Source: Desulfobacterales bacterium
GTDB lineage: Bacteria > Desulfobacterota > Desulfobacteria > Desulfobacterales > UBA2174
DNA: 64,000 nt
Direction: 5' to 3'
Assembly (NCBI GenBank): GCA_963668645.2
Contig: CAXXWC010000019.1
Location: forward strand, 352,001-416,000
A program made the translations under genes and the position numbers. The notes beneath the pieces are model-generated. The model did not search any database. It had not been told where the DNA came from and was given only the letters and a program-made list of their open reading frames with translations. Positions 19,118 to 28,389 of this stretch are shown here, one piece after another. Within the stretch, counting starts at the first letter, position 1. The number at the start of each line of letters is the position of its first letter.

Positions 19118-19954
19118 ATGGCCAAACGATACACCCGGGATGAAATCGTCGGGCGGCTGCGCCGCGAAGTGGCGGCCGGCCGGCCCCTTTTGATGTTCGG
19201 CGCCGGCATCGGGCTGACGGCCCGTTGCGCCGAACTCGGCGGGGCGGATCTGATCGCGGTCTATTCCACGGCGATCTACCGCATGATGGGCCAACCGTCC
19301 CACCTGGCCTTTCTGCCCTATTCCAACGCCAACGAACACGCGCTGCGCATGGCGCGCGAAATCCTGCCGGCCGTAAAGGAAACCCCCTGCATCGTGGGCA
19401 TCGGCGCCCATGACCCGGCCCTGGATATGGAGCGCTTCATCGACCGGATGGTCGAGCTGGGATTTTCCGGCGTCACCAACGAACCGTTCGCCGGCATCTA
19501 CGGACCCGCCTTCGCCGCCCAGCTCGAATCGGTGGGCCTGGGCTTTTCGCGCGAGGTGGAACTGATCCGCACGGCCCATGCCAAAGGCATCTTCACCTAC
19601 GGCTGGGCCTTCAATCCCGAAGAGGCCCGCACCATGGCGGCGGCCGGCGCCGACGTGGTCGGCGCCATCGTGGGCGTCACCGCCGGGGGCACCACCGGTG
19701 CGCCCCAAACTTTGAGCCTCGAGGCGGCCACCGCCCAGGTCCAGGCCATGGTCGTGGCGGCCAGGGAAGAAAACGACGGCATCCTGGTCTTCACCCACGG
19801 CGGCCCGTTCAAGGACCCGGAAACGGCCCGCTACTCCATGGCCAACTCGGACGCCGTCGGCTATGCGGCCGGCTCCAGCGGCGAGCGGCTGCCCACCGAA
19901 GAGGCGGTGGTCGGCGTGACCCGGGCTTACAAGCAGGCCGAACCGGCCGCCTGA
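19118..19954 (+). CDS. PEP-hydrolase-like TIM-barrel protein, paralogue 2 (divergent)
   Basis: Same MAKRYTR start as paralogue 1; GAGIG, GVTAGG, HGGP, GSSGERLP.E. Confidence 0.85.
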   Translation: MAKRYTRDEIVGRLRREVAAGRPLLMFGAGIGLTARCAELGGADLIAVYSTAIYRMMGQPSHLAFLPYSNANEHALRMAREILPAVKETPCIVGIGAHDPALDMERFIDRMVELGFSGVTNEPFAGIYGPAFAAQLESVGLGFSREVELIRTAHAKGIFTYGWAFNPEEARTMAAAGADVVGAIVGVTAGGTTGAPQTLSLEAATAQVQAMVVAAREENDGILVFTHGGPFKDPETARYSMANSDAVGYAAGSSGERLPTEEAVVGVTRAYKQAEPAA

Positions 19955-20094
19955 GCCGGGGACAGGACCGGCAGGCCAGGGACCGTAAAGATGGAAAAAT
20001 CCCCTGCGATGAAACGATCTCAGAACTTTGACGCAGCCGTGTGAAAAACCGCCTCAAGACTTGACAACAGGCCGAAATTTCACTAACTATCGGC

Positions 20095-20270
20095 GGCAGA
20101 CGGCGCCCTGACGGGCCTAACAGGGAATCCCGTGCGAATCGGGAGCGGTCCCGCCGCTGTAACCCCGTTCCGACATCCGGAAAACGTTCATTCGCCAGAA
20201 TCGCATGCCACTGCCCCGTTGTTGGGTGGGAAGGCCGGCGGATGGGCGGGGAAGCCAGAAGACCTGCCGT
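20095..20270 (+). ncRNA. Cobalamin (B12) riboswitch aptamer
   Basis: Conserved blocks in the expected order: AGGGAA, CCCGCCGCTGTAA, GCCACTG, GGGAAGG, B12 box AGCCAGAAGACCTGCC. TTGACA at 20061 upstream. Boundaries approximate. Confidence 0.92.
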
Positions 20271-20435
20271 CTCACTGTGTCTGCCGGCGCAAAACCGATC
20301 GGAGGCCGCATCGCGACACTGCCGCGACTGCCAGCGAAGATCCGTGCCCGTCACACCCGGCAGACCGGCATGCCGCCGTCCTGCGGGATAACAGGTAACG
20401 TCGGCATTCTATAAAGAGGGATCCGAAAACGGGGT

Positions 20436-20477
20436 AGCCCTCCGAGCCGTTACGGCTTGGCGGGCTTTTTTATTTTT
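20436..20477 (+). terminator. Intrinsic terminator in the leader (likely riboswitch expression platform)
   Basis: AGCCC-TCCGAGCCGT-T-ACGGCTTGG-CGGGCT hairpin followed by a T-tract, 30 nt before the RACo start. Confidence 0.8.
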
Positions 20478-20506
20478 CCATGCAAGATGTTACAGGAGGC
20501 GGAATC

Positions 20507-22441
20507 ATGGACGAGCACCGTGTCACGTTTTTACCTCACCACAGGACCGTGAAAATTCCCCACGGCGAGGTGCTGCTGCGCGCAGCCATGGAAGCCGGCG
20601 TGCACATCAACGCCTCCTGCGGCGGGACCGGCGGCTGCGGCAAATGCCGCGTTCTGATTACCAGCGGTACGGTGCAAGGCGGCGAGTCGACCCGGCTCAA
20701 GCCGCTGGAGATCCTCCAGGGTTACCGGCTCGCCTGCCAGGCCAGGGTCGTGGAGGACATCACCGTCGAAATCCCCCCGGAATCGCTGGTGGATGCCGGG
20801 GAACTCGACCGGCGCGCCGCCCCCCGGCAAACGGCCCGGGTCAAGGCCTTCAACCTGGAAAGCATCAAGGATCAGGGACTGTTCGTACCGGCGGTGGAAA
20901 AATTCTACGTCGACATGCAGCCCCCAAGTGCCGCCGATCACGAGCCGGACCTGACCCGGCTGGTCAAGGCCCTGCGGCAGGATTACGACGAACACCGGCT
21001 GGCGGCCGACCTGCCGCTGATCCGCCGGCTGCCTGAAACCCTGCGCGCCGGCGATTTCAAATCGACCGTGACCGTGCTGCGGCCGGTGCGCGAGGGGCGC
21101 ACCAACCGCCTGGTGCACATCGAGGCCGGCGACACCCGGACGCGCAACTGGGCTCTTGCCGTGGACATCGGGACCACCACGGTCTACTGCCAGCTCGTCG
21201 ACCTGAACACCGGAACGGTCGTGGCCCAGCATGGCGACTTCAACGGCCAGATCAGCTTCGGCGAGGATGTCATCAGCCGCATCGTGGCGGCGGAAAAAGA
21301 AGGCGGCCTGGAAAGGCTCAGCGCCGCCGTTCTGGAGACCCTCAACCGGGTGATCCGCCTGACCCTGAAGCAGGGCGGGGTCGGCCCGCAGGAAATCCCC
21401 ACCGTCACCATCGCCGGCAACACCACCATGACTCAACTCCTGCTCAAGGTCCCCCCGGGTGCCATCCGCCGCTCGCCCTACGTTCCGGCCGCCAGCCTCT
21501 ATCCGCCCATCCGGGCCCAGAGCATCGGCCTCCAACTCAACGACCACGCCCGCGCCCTGATCTTCCCTCAGGTCTCCAGCTATGTGGGCGGGGACATCGT
21601 CGCCGGGGTGATGGGCTCGGGGATGTACCGCAGCGAAGCCATGACCCTGTTTATCGATATCGGCACCAACGCCGAAATCGTCATCGGCAACCGCGACTGG
21701 ATGGCCTGCGCCGCGTGTTCTGCCGGCCCGGCCTTCGAAGGCGGCGGCATCCAGTTCGGCATGCGGGCCGAAAAGGGCGCCATCGAGGATTTTTCCATCG
21801 ATGCGGGGGGCCTTGAACCGATGCTGCTCACCATCGGCGGGGTCAAACCCCGCGGCATCTGCGGTTCCGGGCTGATCGCCATGGTGGCCCGCCTCTTCGA
21901 GGCCGGGGTAATCAACAACCAGGGCAAATTCCGCCAAGACCTGGACACCGACCGCATCCGCAAACGGAACAATGTCTGGGAGTATCTACTGGTGCGGGCG
22001 CCGGAAACCGCCGTGGGCCGCGACATCGTGCTCACGGAAATCGACATCGAAAACCTGATCCGCGCCAAGGGGGCGATCTACAGCGGCTGCATGACCCTGA
22101 TGGACGAAATCGGGGTGGGCATCGAAGGGATCGAACAGATCCTGCTGGCCGGCATGTTCGGCTCCTACATCGATCTGGCCCAGGCCATCACCATCGGCCT
22201 GCTGCCCGACATCGATCCCGACCGGATCCGCTACATCGGCAACGGCTCCCTGCTCGGCGCCCGCATGAGCGCCCTGACCAATCAGGTGCGCCGGGATGTG
22301 GGACGGGTAACAGCCATGATGACCAACTTCGAGCTGTCCGAAACCCACAGCTACATGGACCACTACATAGCGGCCCTGTTTCTTCCCCACACCGACATGG
22401 AACGTTTTCCGTCGGTGTTCAAGCGGTTGAACTCAAAATAG
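20507..22441 (+). CDS. ATP-dependent reductive activator of corrinoid proteins (RACo/ASKHA, DUF4445) with N-terminal [2Fe-2S] domain
   Basis: CGGTGGCGKC...RLAC ferredoxin; DIGTT, GEDVISRI, YVGGDI, DIGTNAE, AGPAFEG, GICGSG; AGGAGG RBS. Confidence 0.92.
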   Translation: MDEHRVTFLPHHRTVKIPHGEVLLRAAMEAGVHINASCGGTGGCGKCRVLITSGTVQGGESTRLKPLEILQGYRLACQARVVEDITVEIPPESLVDAGELDRRAAPRQTARVKAFNLESIKDQGLFVPAVEKFYVDMQPPSAADHEPDLTRLVKALRQDYDEHRLAADLPLIRRLPETLRAGDFKSTVTVLRPVREGRTNRLVHIEAGDTRTRNWALAVDIGTTTVYCQLVDLNTGTVVAQHGDFNGQISFGEDVISRIVAAEKEGGLERLSAAVLETLNRVIRLTLKQGGVGPQEIPTVTIAGNTTMTQLLLKVPPGAIRRSPYVPAASLYPPIRAQSIGLQLNDHARALIFPQVSSYVGGDIVAGVMGSGMYRSEAMTLFIDIGTNAEIVIGNRDWMACAACSAGPAFEGGGIQFGMRAEKGAIEDFSIDAGGLEPMLLTIGGVKPRGICGSGLIAMVARLFEAGVINNQGKFRQDLDTDRIRKRNNVWEYLLVRAPETAVGRDIVLTEIDIENLIRAKGAIYSGCMTLMDEIGVGIEGIEQILLAGMFGSYIDLAQAITIGLLPDIDPDRIRYIGNGSLLGARMSALTNQVRRDVGRVTAMMTNFELSETHSYMDHYIAALFLPHTDMERFPSVFKRLNSK

Positions 22442-22528
22442 GGGAAAGTGTCAGCTTCTTGGTTTGGCCTGATTTGTATGCGTATCACACGTTGATGCCA
22501 CCAGAAAAACACCCAATTTCTCCTTTTC

Positions 22529-22555
22529 GTCATTCCGGGCCTGACCCGGAATCCA
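22529..22555. repeat. Short palindromic REP-like element (one arm)
   Basis: GTCATTCCGGGCCTGACCCGGAATCCA hairpin between convergent genes. Confidence 0.5.
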
Positions 22556-22637
22556 TTTTCCAAAGCGCTCTGGCTGGGACTGGGAAAATCAATTTCCACC
22601 CGCCTCATGAAGGCATCGAAACTCAGGCGTTCTCGGC

Positions 22638-23401
22638 CTAATGAGACCATCTTGGGCTCCTTTCATGATAATCGGGTCTCACCGGACGGATCGGCGCGAC
22701 AGCCCCAGTCTGCGTCACGCCGTCCATGGGACTGCGCCCCCCTATAGAGCCTCGTTGCAGCACATGGGTGTAAATCATGGTCGTGCTCACGTCGTTGTGG
22801 CCCAGCAGATCCTGGACGGTACGGATGTCGTAGCCACTTTCCAACAGATGTGTTGCGTGACTGTGCCGCAGGGTGTGGGGCGTGACTAGTTTGTTGATTT
22901 TGGCTAACCAGCTTGCGCCTTGGCGGCCTCTTTCAGACCTCTTTCTTCAATGCGATGTTGATCAAAGTCGATGTCTTTGACACGCTGGCAAACGCATTCC
23001 ATCAGTCGCAACCCGATCACAAGCCAGTAAATGCCCTTAAGATAAACCATCACCCGATCGACCTCAGTCCTGTAAAGCACCACCGGCAGGCGCTTGGGAC
23101 GCTGGGCGCGCTGGGTGTCGATTTTTTGGTTGATTTCTAGGTTCAAGACGTGCTTATAGAGAAACACCAAATAGCAGAGGGCCTGATTCTGGGTGGATGC
23201 CGCCACATTACCGTCAACCGCCAGATAGGTCAGGAACCGCTCAATTTCCGCAGCTCCCATGTCCTTGGGGTGCTTCTTGTCATGAAACAGGATATAGCGT
23301 CTGATCCAGTCGCAGTAGGTCGCCTCGGTGCGGATGGAGTAGTGCTTGCGCCGGACGGTGTCTCGGACCTGATCGAACAGTTTTCGGGGAGGTCGTTCCA
23401 T
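22638..23401 (-). pseudogene. intI: Integron integrase pseudogene (internal deletions plus frameshift)
   Basis: IntI-type N-terminus (HYSIRTEATY..WIRRYILFH, VAASTQNQAL, LPVVL, GLRLMEC, VKDIDF). C-terminus in another frame ([39 protein letters not shown]). The central catalytic-Lys/integron-specific region is absent. Confidence 0.92.
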
Positions 23402-23679
23402 GGGGTGCCTCCTTTCTCATCGGATAGCGTTTATGCATATCTGTACAAAATATCAACAATATATCAATATTTAAGTGCATATCTGCTTGATATGTTTAGC
23501 TATACAAAACATTTCGTCGGCTCTCTGAACCTCTTACAACGCATAGCGGCTAATTCATTGGGAGCGGCAATTGACGACCATATCGCTACCGGCGCCAAGA
23601 GGCGTCTAATTCGATACGCACGAATAGCATATCTCATTGATATTTTGTGGTATGTTGGCTTTATCGGTGAAGACACTCT

Positions 23680-23717
23680 AAAATGGACGCCAATTGGCGT
23701 CCAATAATTGTTCGCAC
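23680..23717 (+). other. Putative attI site (crossover G|TT at 23710)
   Basis: GTTCGCAC at 23710-23717 is the exact reverse complement of cassette 1's R'' GTGCGAAC (26105-26112); lies upstream of divergent intI. Left boundary approximate. Confidence 0.75.
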
Positions 23718-23747
23718 AACATTAACGATTAAAAGGGGTATATTAAA

Positions 23748-26096
23748 ATGGTTAAACATTTTCAAGAAGTTTTGCAGATGTTAAGAGGCAGAAATATTCA
23801 ATTATTACAAAGTACGCCTAATTGGGATTTCTGGTCAGCCGAATACAAAACTCCCTCCAAATCGATAGTAGCTAATTATTTATATTTAAAATCTAAATGT
23901 CCTCTTAAAGAAGCTTCTGAATCAAATCTCGTTAGTTGGAGACGTTTCTCTAAAAACACAACATATGACGTTATTGTTACACCCAAAAGTACGCTTGCAA
24001 ACTCGGTCGAACAAACGAGAAAACATTTTAATGGACAAAACATATGGACATCAAGACAGTTAATAGAAGAAAATTTGCTGGCAGAGTTAGGTTTACGCAG
24101 TATTGAGATAGAACCTTATTTTATTGATCCTGATATTGAAGTAAACGGTGAGCATATTCAAAGTGCTACAACATATTTGACTAATTGGTTTCTAAAATCT
24201 TCTGACATTTCTAAATCATCAAATTCTTTTGGAATACTTCGTGCTAATGCAGGTGTCGGTAAAACTACTCTTGCTCGAATTTTATCAGATACTATTCATA
24301 AAAAAGATTTTAAAACGATACCCATTTTAGTTGAAGCAGAAACATGGAGACCTCATCTGCAAACCGATATTCAACTTGATAATATTTGGAATATGGCTAT
24401 CGCTGCACGATTTATAGATTCCTCACAACTAAATCAAATCGCTTTCCGAGTTCTAATTCGTGAAGGTATTTTTCCTATTATATTTGATGGTTTCGACGAA
24501 TTGTGTTTGAATCCTTATTCGACATATACACCTGCAGGATTTATTCAAGATTTAATTGAAACTTTAGAATCTGATGAGACTCCTGAAAATGCTAAAATCT
24601 TCTTAACAACAAGGGAAACATTTTGGCAGAGCTATTGCGAGGAAATTGATACAGAAAATATTGATTTATTTTTGCTTAGATCATTCAGTAATGAGAAAAG
24701 AAAGAAATATTTTCAAATAAGACTTGATGATCCCGCAGAGCGTGATAGTGCATTAAGAATAGCTGGTCAAATAAGTGGTAGATTATATGATGGCCTCAAT
24801 ATTGAAACGACTAATATTGACAGACCATCAGGTGTACCATTCATACTTGATATGATAGCAAGTTATGTTAAAGACAATCCCGAACCTAATATTAATCCTT
24901 ATGGTACAGACCCGCTTGCACCTCTTATTGAGGCGGTTTGTCGCAGGGAAAATATCAGACAGACATTAAATATTCAACATGATAAACAAATAGATCTGTT
25001 TGAAGAATTATTTCGAGATCACAATGAACTAATAACAACTGATGATATTCGTCTCTATTTAGAAGTTTACTGCAATATAGATGATGAAGGGGTTTTTAAT
25101 AGATTTCTGAATCATTTTTTCCTTTCAAGAAAAGAAAAGAATATATTCATACCACGTTATGAAGTTCTTAAAGTATATTTTGTGGCACGATTTTTAGTAA
25201 ATGGCCTAATAAATGAAAAAAGAAACGTTGATAGAAAGAAATTAGGTGATTTATTAGCGATGAGTTCTACTGGTGGAACTCAAATGATTGATTGGGTGGT
25301 TGGTCAATTGTTAGTTTTAGAAAAAAATATTTTGATTGAAGCAGTTCATCACGCATTGCAAATAATTAATGATCCTGTAAATATGTCGACAAGAAAACAA
25401 GCGGGAATGGCTATTTTTAACATTATTGCAAGATTAATATTGGAACAACGGGATAAAAAAATTAGATTAGAGCAGTTAGCTGAATATCTTAATGCTGAAT
25501 TTATAGACAACATCATAAGATTTAAAAATAATATGTTTACAGGCAACGTAAAAGCAATTGATTTCACTAATTGTGAATTTAAAAATTGCATGATTGTAAA
25601 TGTAGATTTTAAAAATTGTATTTTTAGTTCTTCAACTGTATTTGATGGATGTGAATTTAACGGCCAGCTAAAATTCACTAATTGTAAAGGCGAAAAGGAT
25701 TTTATAGAAATAAAGAGTGAATGTTCGAAAGAAGCACAATACTGTCTTGATCAATTATTTAGTAAAAATTCCGCTGAAGAAGTAAAGCAGTCATTTGCTG
25801 AAGACGCATTATACAGAGCTTTAAAAAAGTTCAAAGGGCAATTCGGATATGGTTCAATAAGATTCGATCATAGGTTAAAGGGCTTGCAGCCTTCTAACCC
25901 AGCAAGTAACCATGTTTGGGATGGTCTAATGAAAAACGGTATAGTTGATAAACATGAATTATCTAAATTTTCAGATATTGGTCTGCATTTGACAGAAAAC
26001 CACGATGTCAGAAAGGAAGTTATAACATTTCTTGACAATGGTTATTTGGGCATAAATCTTAGAAAAGTTATTGGCTATATAGCTGAAAAAATTTGA
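23748..26096 (+). CDS. Cassette 1: NACHT/STAND-like NTPase with pentapeptide-like C-terminal repeats
   Basis: Walker A ANAGVGKT, Walker B IIFDGFDE, LTTRE; later IDFTN-CEFKN-CMIVN-VDFKN-CIF repeats; AT-rich. Confidence 0.82.
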   Translation: MVKHFQEVLQMLRGRNIQLLQSTPNWDFWSAEYKTPSKSIVANYLYLKSKCPLKEASESNLVSWRRFSKNTTYDVIVTPKSTLANSVEQTRKHFNGQNIWTSRQLIEENLLAELGLRSIEIEPYFIDPDIEVNGEHIQSATTYLTNWFLKSSDISKSSNSFGILRANAGVGKTTLARILSDTIHKKDFKTIPILVEAETWRPHLQTDIQLDNIWNMAIAARFIDSSQLNQIAFRVLIREGIFPIIFDGFDELCLNPYSTYTPAGFIQDLIETLESDETPENAKIFLTTRETFWQSYCEEIDTENIDLFLLRSFSNEKRKKYFQIRLDDPAERDSALRIAGQISGRLYDGLNIETTNIDRPSGVPFILDMIASYVKDNPEPNINPYGTDPLAPLIEAVCRRENIRQTLNIQHDKQIDLFEELFRDHNELITTDDIRLYLEVYCNIDDEGVFNRFLNHFFLSRKEKNIFIPRYEVLKVYFVARFLVNGLINEKRNVDRKKLGDLLAMSSTGGTQMIDWVVGQLLVLEKNILIEAVHHALQIINDPVNMSTRKQAGMAIFNIIARLILEQRDKKIRLEQLAEYLNAEFIDNIIRFKNNMFTGNVKAIDFTNCEFKNCMIVNVDFKNCIFSSSTVFDGCEFNGQLKFTNCKGEKDFIEIKSECSKEAQYCLDQLFSKNSAEEVKQSFAEDALYRALKKFKGQFGYGSIRFDHRLKGLQPSNPASNHVWDGLMKNGIVDKHELSKFSDIGLHLTENHDVRKEVITFLDNGYLGINLRKVIGYIAEKI

Positions 26097-26105
26097 CAAT
26101 ATGTG

Positions 26106-26184
26106 TGCGAACCCTTCGCTCAATCGGATTTGGCGGGGTTCCGCTGCGCTCCACCCCGCCAAACCGCTTAGCTCTATGTTGGGC
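26106..26184 (+). other. attC site 1
   Basis: R'' TGCGAAC, stem TTTGGCGGGGT/ACCCCGCCAAA around TTCCGCTGCGCTCCA, R' GTTGGGC. Confidence 0.9.
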
Positions 26185-26200
26185 GCATAGGAAACTATAA

Positions 26201-27400
26201 ATGACACATGGAGTCACACCATCAGAGAGGTTTGTTTCATCTATTTGTGAGCGATCCTTTCTAAAATTGTGGACACATCCCAATCCAAAGGGGAAAAAAA
26301 ATAAGGAGTTATGCGATTGTCTTATTGTGTGTGGTCCCCACATAATAATTATTTCCGTTAAGGAATGCGATTATAAAGATACTGGAGACAAAACAGGCTG
26401 GGAACGCTGGGAAAGGGCCGCAATAGCAAAATCTGCCTCTCAAATATGGGGGGCAGAACGTTGGCTTCATACAGTAGATGAAGTTGTACGCCATGATGGT
26501 CGAAAAATCTCATTACCCGACAAGACAGAACGGATGTACCATCGAATCTCGGTTTCATTGGGTGGGAAAGACCAAGTTCCCTTGAAGTGGGGAGATCTTG
26601 GTAATGGTTTTGTTCATGTGTGCGATGAACATAGTGTTGGGGTTGTTTTCGGTGCCTTAGATACCATTACTGACTTCGTTGATTTTCTTGATGCAAGTGA
26701 AACATTAATTAAAAGTGGTGTAAGGCTTATATTTTCAGGTGGAGGTATTGAAGACCTTGTAGCCCTTTATATTATTCATGGTCGATCATTTGAGCTTTTC
26801 GATGATTCAAATAAACAGCCAGACATGCTCATATTAGATAATGATTTGTGGAAAGGGTTTCATAAGTCCGAAGATTATAAAGCAATCCAAAACGATTTAA
26901 AAGATTCCTATATTTGGGACCGCTTAATTGAATATTATGCTGATGATCTCCTCAATGATGGTATGTTTGATATGCATAGTAAGAAGGTAACAGATAACGA
27001 GTTGGCATTGGTAACAATGGCCTTACAACCAAGGAGTTATAGAGTAGTTCTTGCAGAAGCTTTTATGGAGTTTTTGCAAAATCCAGAATTGAAGGTAGCT
27101 TCGAGAGCGGCTAAAGGTTATCTTGAGACTGCATTTGTTTTTCTCATAGGAAAAAGTTCAGAGAGTGAAGATAGGATTCGCGAACTTGCGCTTAGGTGCT
27201 TAGTCATCCGGGGAAGACTCCCAGGAGTTACAACTGTTGTGGGGATTGCCACCGACAGACCAGGAACATCGAAAATTGGATATTCTTCAGGCATCGTGTA
27301 TATTCATATACCTGAATGGACAGATGAAATGGAAAAGAATGTTACTGGCATCCAGTCGGACTTGGGATATTTCAAAAATGCGCAGTGGACAAAAAGATAA
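26201..27400 (+). CDS. Cassette 2: NERD-like/PD-(D/E)xK nuclease-fold protein
   Basis: KELCDCLIV...IIIISVKE and KS..QI..A.RW pattern; bounded by attC1 and attC2. Confidence 0.6.
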   Translation: MTHGVTPSERFVSSICERSFLKLWTHPNPKGKKNKELCDCLIVCGPHIIIISVKECDYKDTGDKTGWERWERAAIAKSASQIWGAERWLHTVDEVVRHDGRKISLPDKTERMYHRISVSLGGKDQVPLKWGDLGNGFVHVCDEHSVGVVFGALDTITDFVDFLDASETLIKSGVRLIFSGGGIEDLVALYIIHGRSFELFDDSNKQPDMLILDNDLWKGFHKSEDYKAIQNDLKDSYIWDRLIEYYADDLLNDGMFDMHSKKVTDNELALVTMALQPRSYRVVLAEAFMEFLQNPELKVASRAAKGYLETAFVFLIGKSSESEDRIRELALRCLVIRGRLPGVTTVVGIATDRPGTSKIGYSSGIVYIHIPEWTDEMEKNVTGIQSDLGYFKNAQWTKR

Positions 27401-27417
27401 TGGTGAGATCATCCATC

Positions 27418-27477
27418 GCCCAACAAGGCTAATTCAGCCGACGCAAAAAGCCGCGCGGCTGATTAGCGACGTTAGCG
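27418..27477 (+). other. attC site 2
   Basis: R'' GCCCAAC (complement of upstream GTTGGGC), GCTAAT-T-CAGCCG/CGGCTG-ATTAGC stem, R' GTTAGCG; 60 bp. Confidence 0.92.
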
Positions 27478-27494
27478 GCATAGAGGAGAAATGA

Positions 27495-28319
27495 ATGAGG
27501 ACAGGTTTCATCAAAATGGAATATTATGAAACCTATTATTACGCAAACATAATTAGTAATGTCTTATCAGATCCATTTCCCTATATTAGGAACATACATG
27601 AATGGTACGAGGATAACGAGGATGAGATATTACTACCTGCATTTCCAAAGTGGAGTAGGTTGCATAGTTTCAGTGCTTTTTTAATTGAGTCTTTGGTTGA
27701 TGAAGAGATATCTGAAACGGTCGTTGAGAAACTTGTCAAAAATAGTCGTATGGAGCTATGGGTGGATCGAGCATTAAGATTTCATGGGTTCGAAACACCT
27801 GGCTTCTTAAATTGGCTAAATGAAAGTGGAAGGGACCTTGGTGGGCTTACTCAAGACGATATAGCTGATTATCACAATGAACAGTATCTATCTGGTGATT
27901 TAGAAAACTTAATTGATCATCTAAGTAGAGAAGTTTTTCAAATCCTTTTCCTCAATCGTAAATTATTGATGATATTTAATGAATTATTGGCAAGTACTCT
28001 GTCATCACACTACGACGATGATTTGCCTTTGAATTTAGAATACCTTTTTGAACGTCCTGGCAAGCTGAAGCGAGTTGCAATACCGGAATGGGTCAAAAAG
28101 GCTGCATTTCACAGAGACAGAGGTATGTGTTCGCAATGCGGAAAGGACATAAGCGGTTTAGTGATGTCACAGCCTGATAGACATTTTGATCACATAGTTC
28201 CATTGGCAGTCGGTGGCCTCAATGACGTTACAAACATTCAATTGCTATGTGGGCCATGTAATAAACAGAAATCGGCAAATCCATGGCCGGTATCAAGCCT
28301 ATATGAGACATGGTACTGA
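27495..28319 (+). CDS. Cassette 3: HNH endonuclease with unknown N-terminal domain
   Basis: RDRGMCSQCG...DHIVPLAVGG.N...NIQLLCGPCNKQKS. Confidence 0.88.
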   Translation: MRTGFIKMEYYETYYYANIISNVLSDPFPYIRNIHEWYEDNEDEILLPAFPKWSRLHSFSAFLIESLVDEEISETVVEKLVKNSRMELWVDRALRFHGFETPGFLNWLNESGRDLGGLTQDDIADYHNEQYLSGDLENLIDHLSREVFQILFLNRKLLMIFNELLASTLSSHYDDDLPLNLEYLFERPGKLKRVAIPEWVKKAAFHRDRGMCSQCGKDISGLVMSQPDRHFDHIVPLAVGGLNDVTNIQLLCGPCNKQKSANPWPVSSLYETWY

Positions 28320-28322
28320 AGC

Positions 28323-28389
28323 CGCTAACAAGCAAATTAACTCGGATGCAAATTCCGCTGCGCTCCATTTGCACCGGTTATTTGCAGCG
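28323..28389 (+). other. attC site 3, left part (interrupted at G|TT; remaining TTAGGC at 31452-31457)
   Basis: R'' CGCTAAC, stem GCAAAT-TAAC-TCGG-ATGCAAA/TTTGCA-CCG-GTTA-TTTGC, same TTCCGCTGCGCTCCA loop as attC1; ends ...GCAGCG, then foreign sequence. Confidence 0.88.

Noticed and set aside
23440..23460. LexA box upstream of intI
   Set aside because: CTGTACAAAATATCAA does not complete CTGT-N8-ACAG, and the LexA motif for this lineage is not known to me.
23150..23707. 185-aa plus-strand ORF
   Set aside because: Overlaps intI antisense and the promoter/attI region; no protein-like features.
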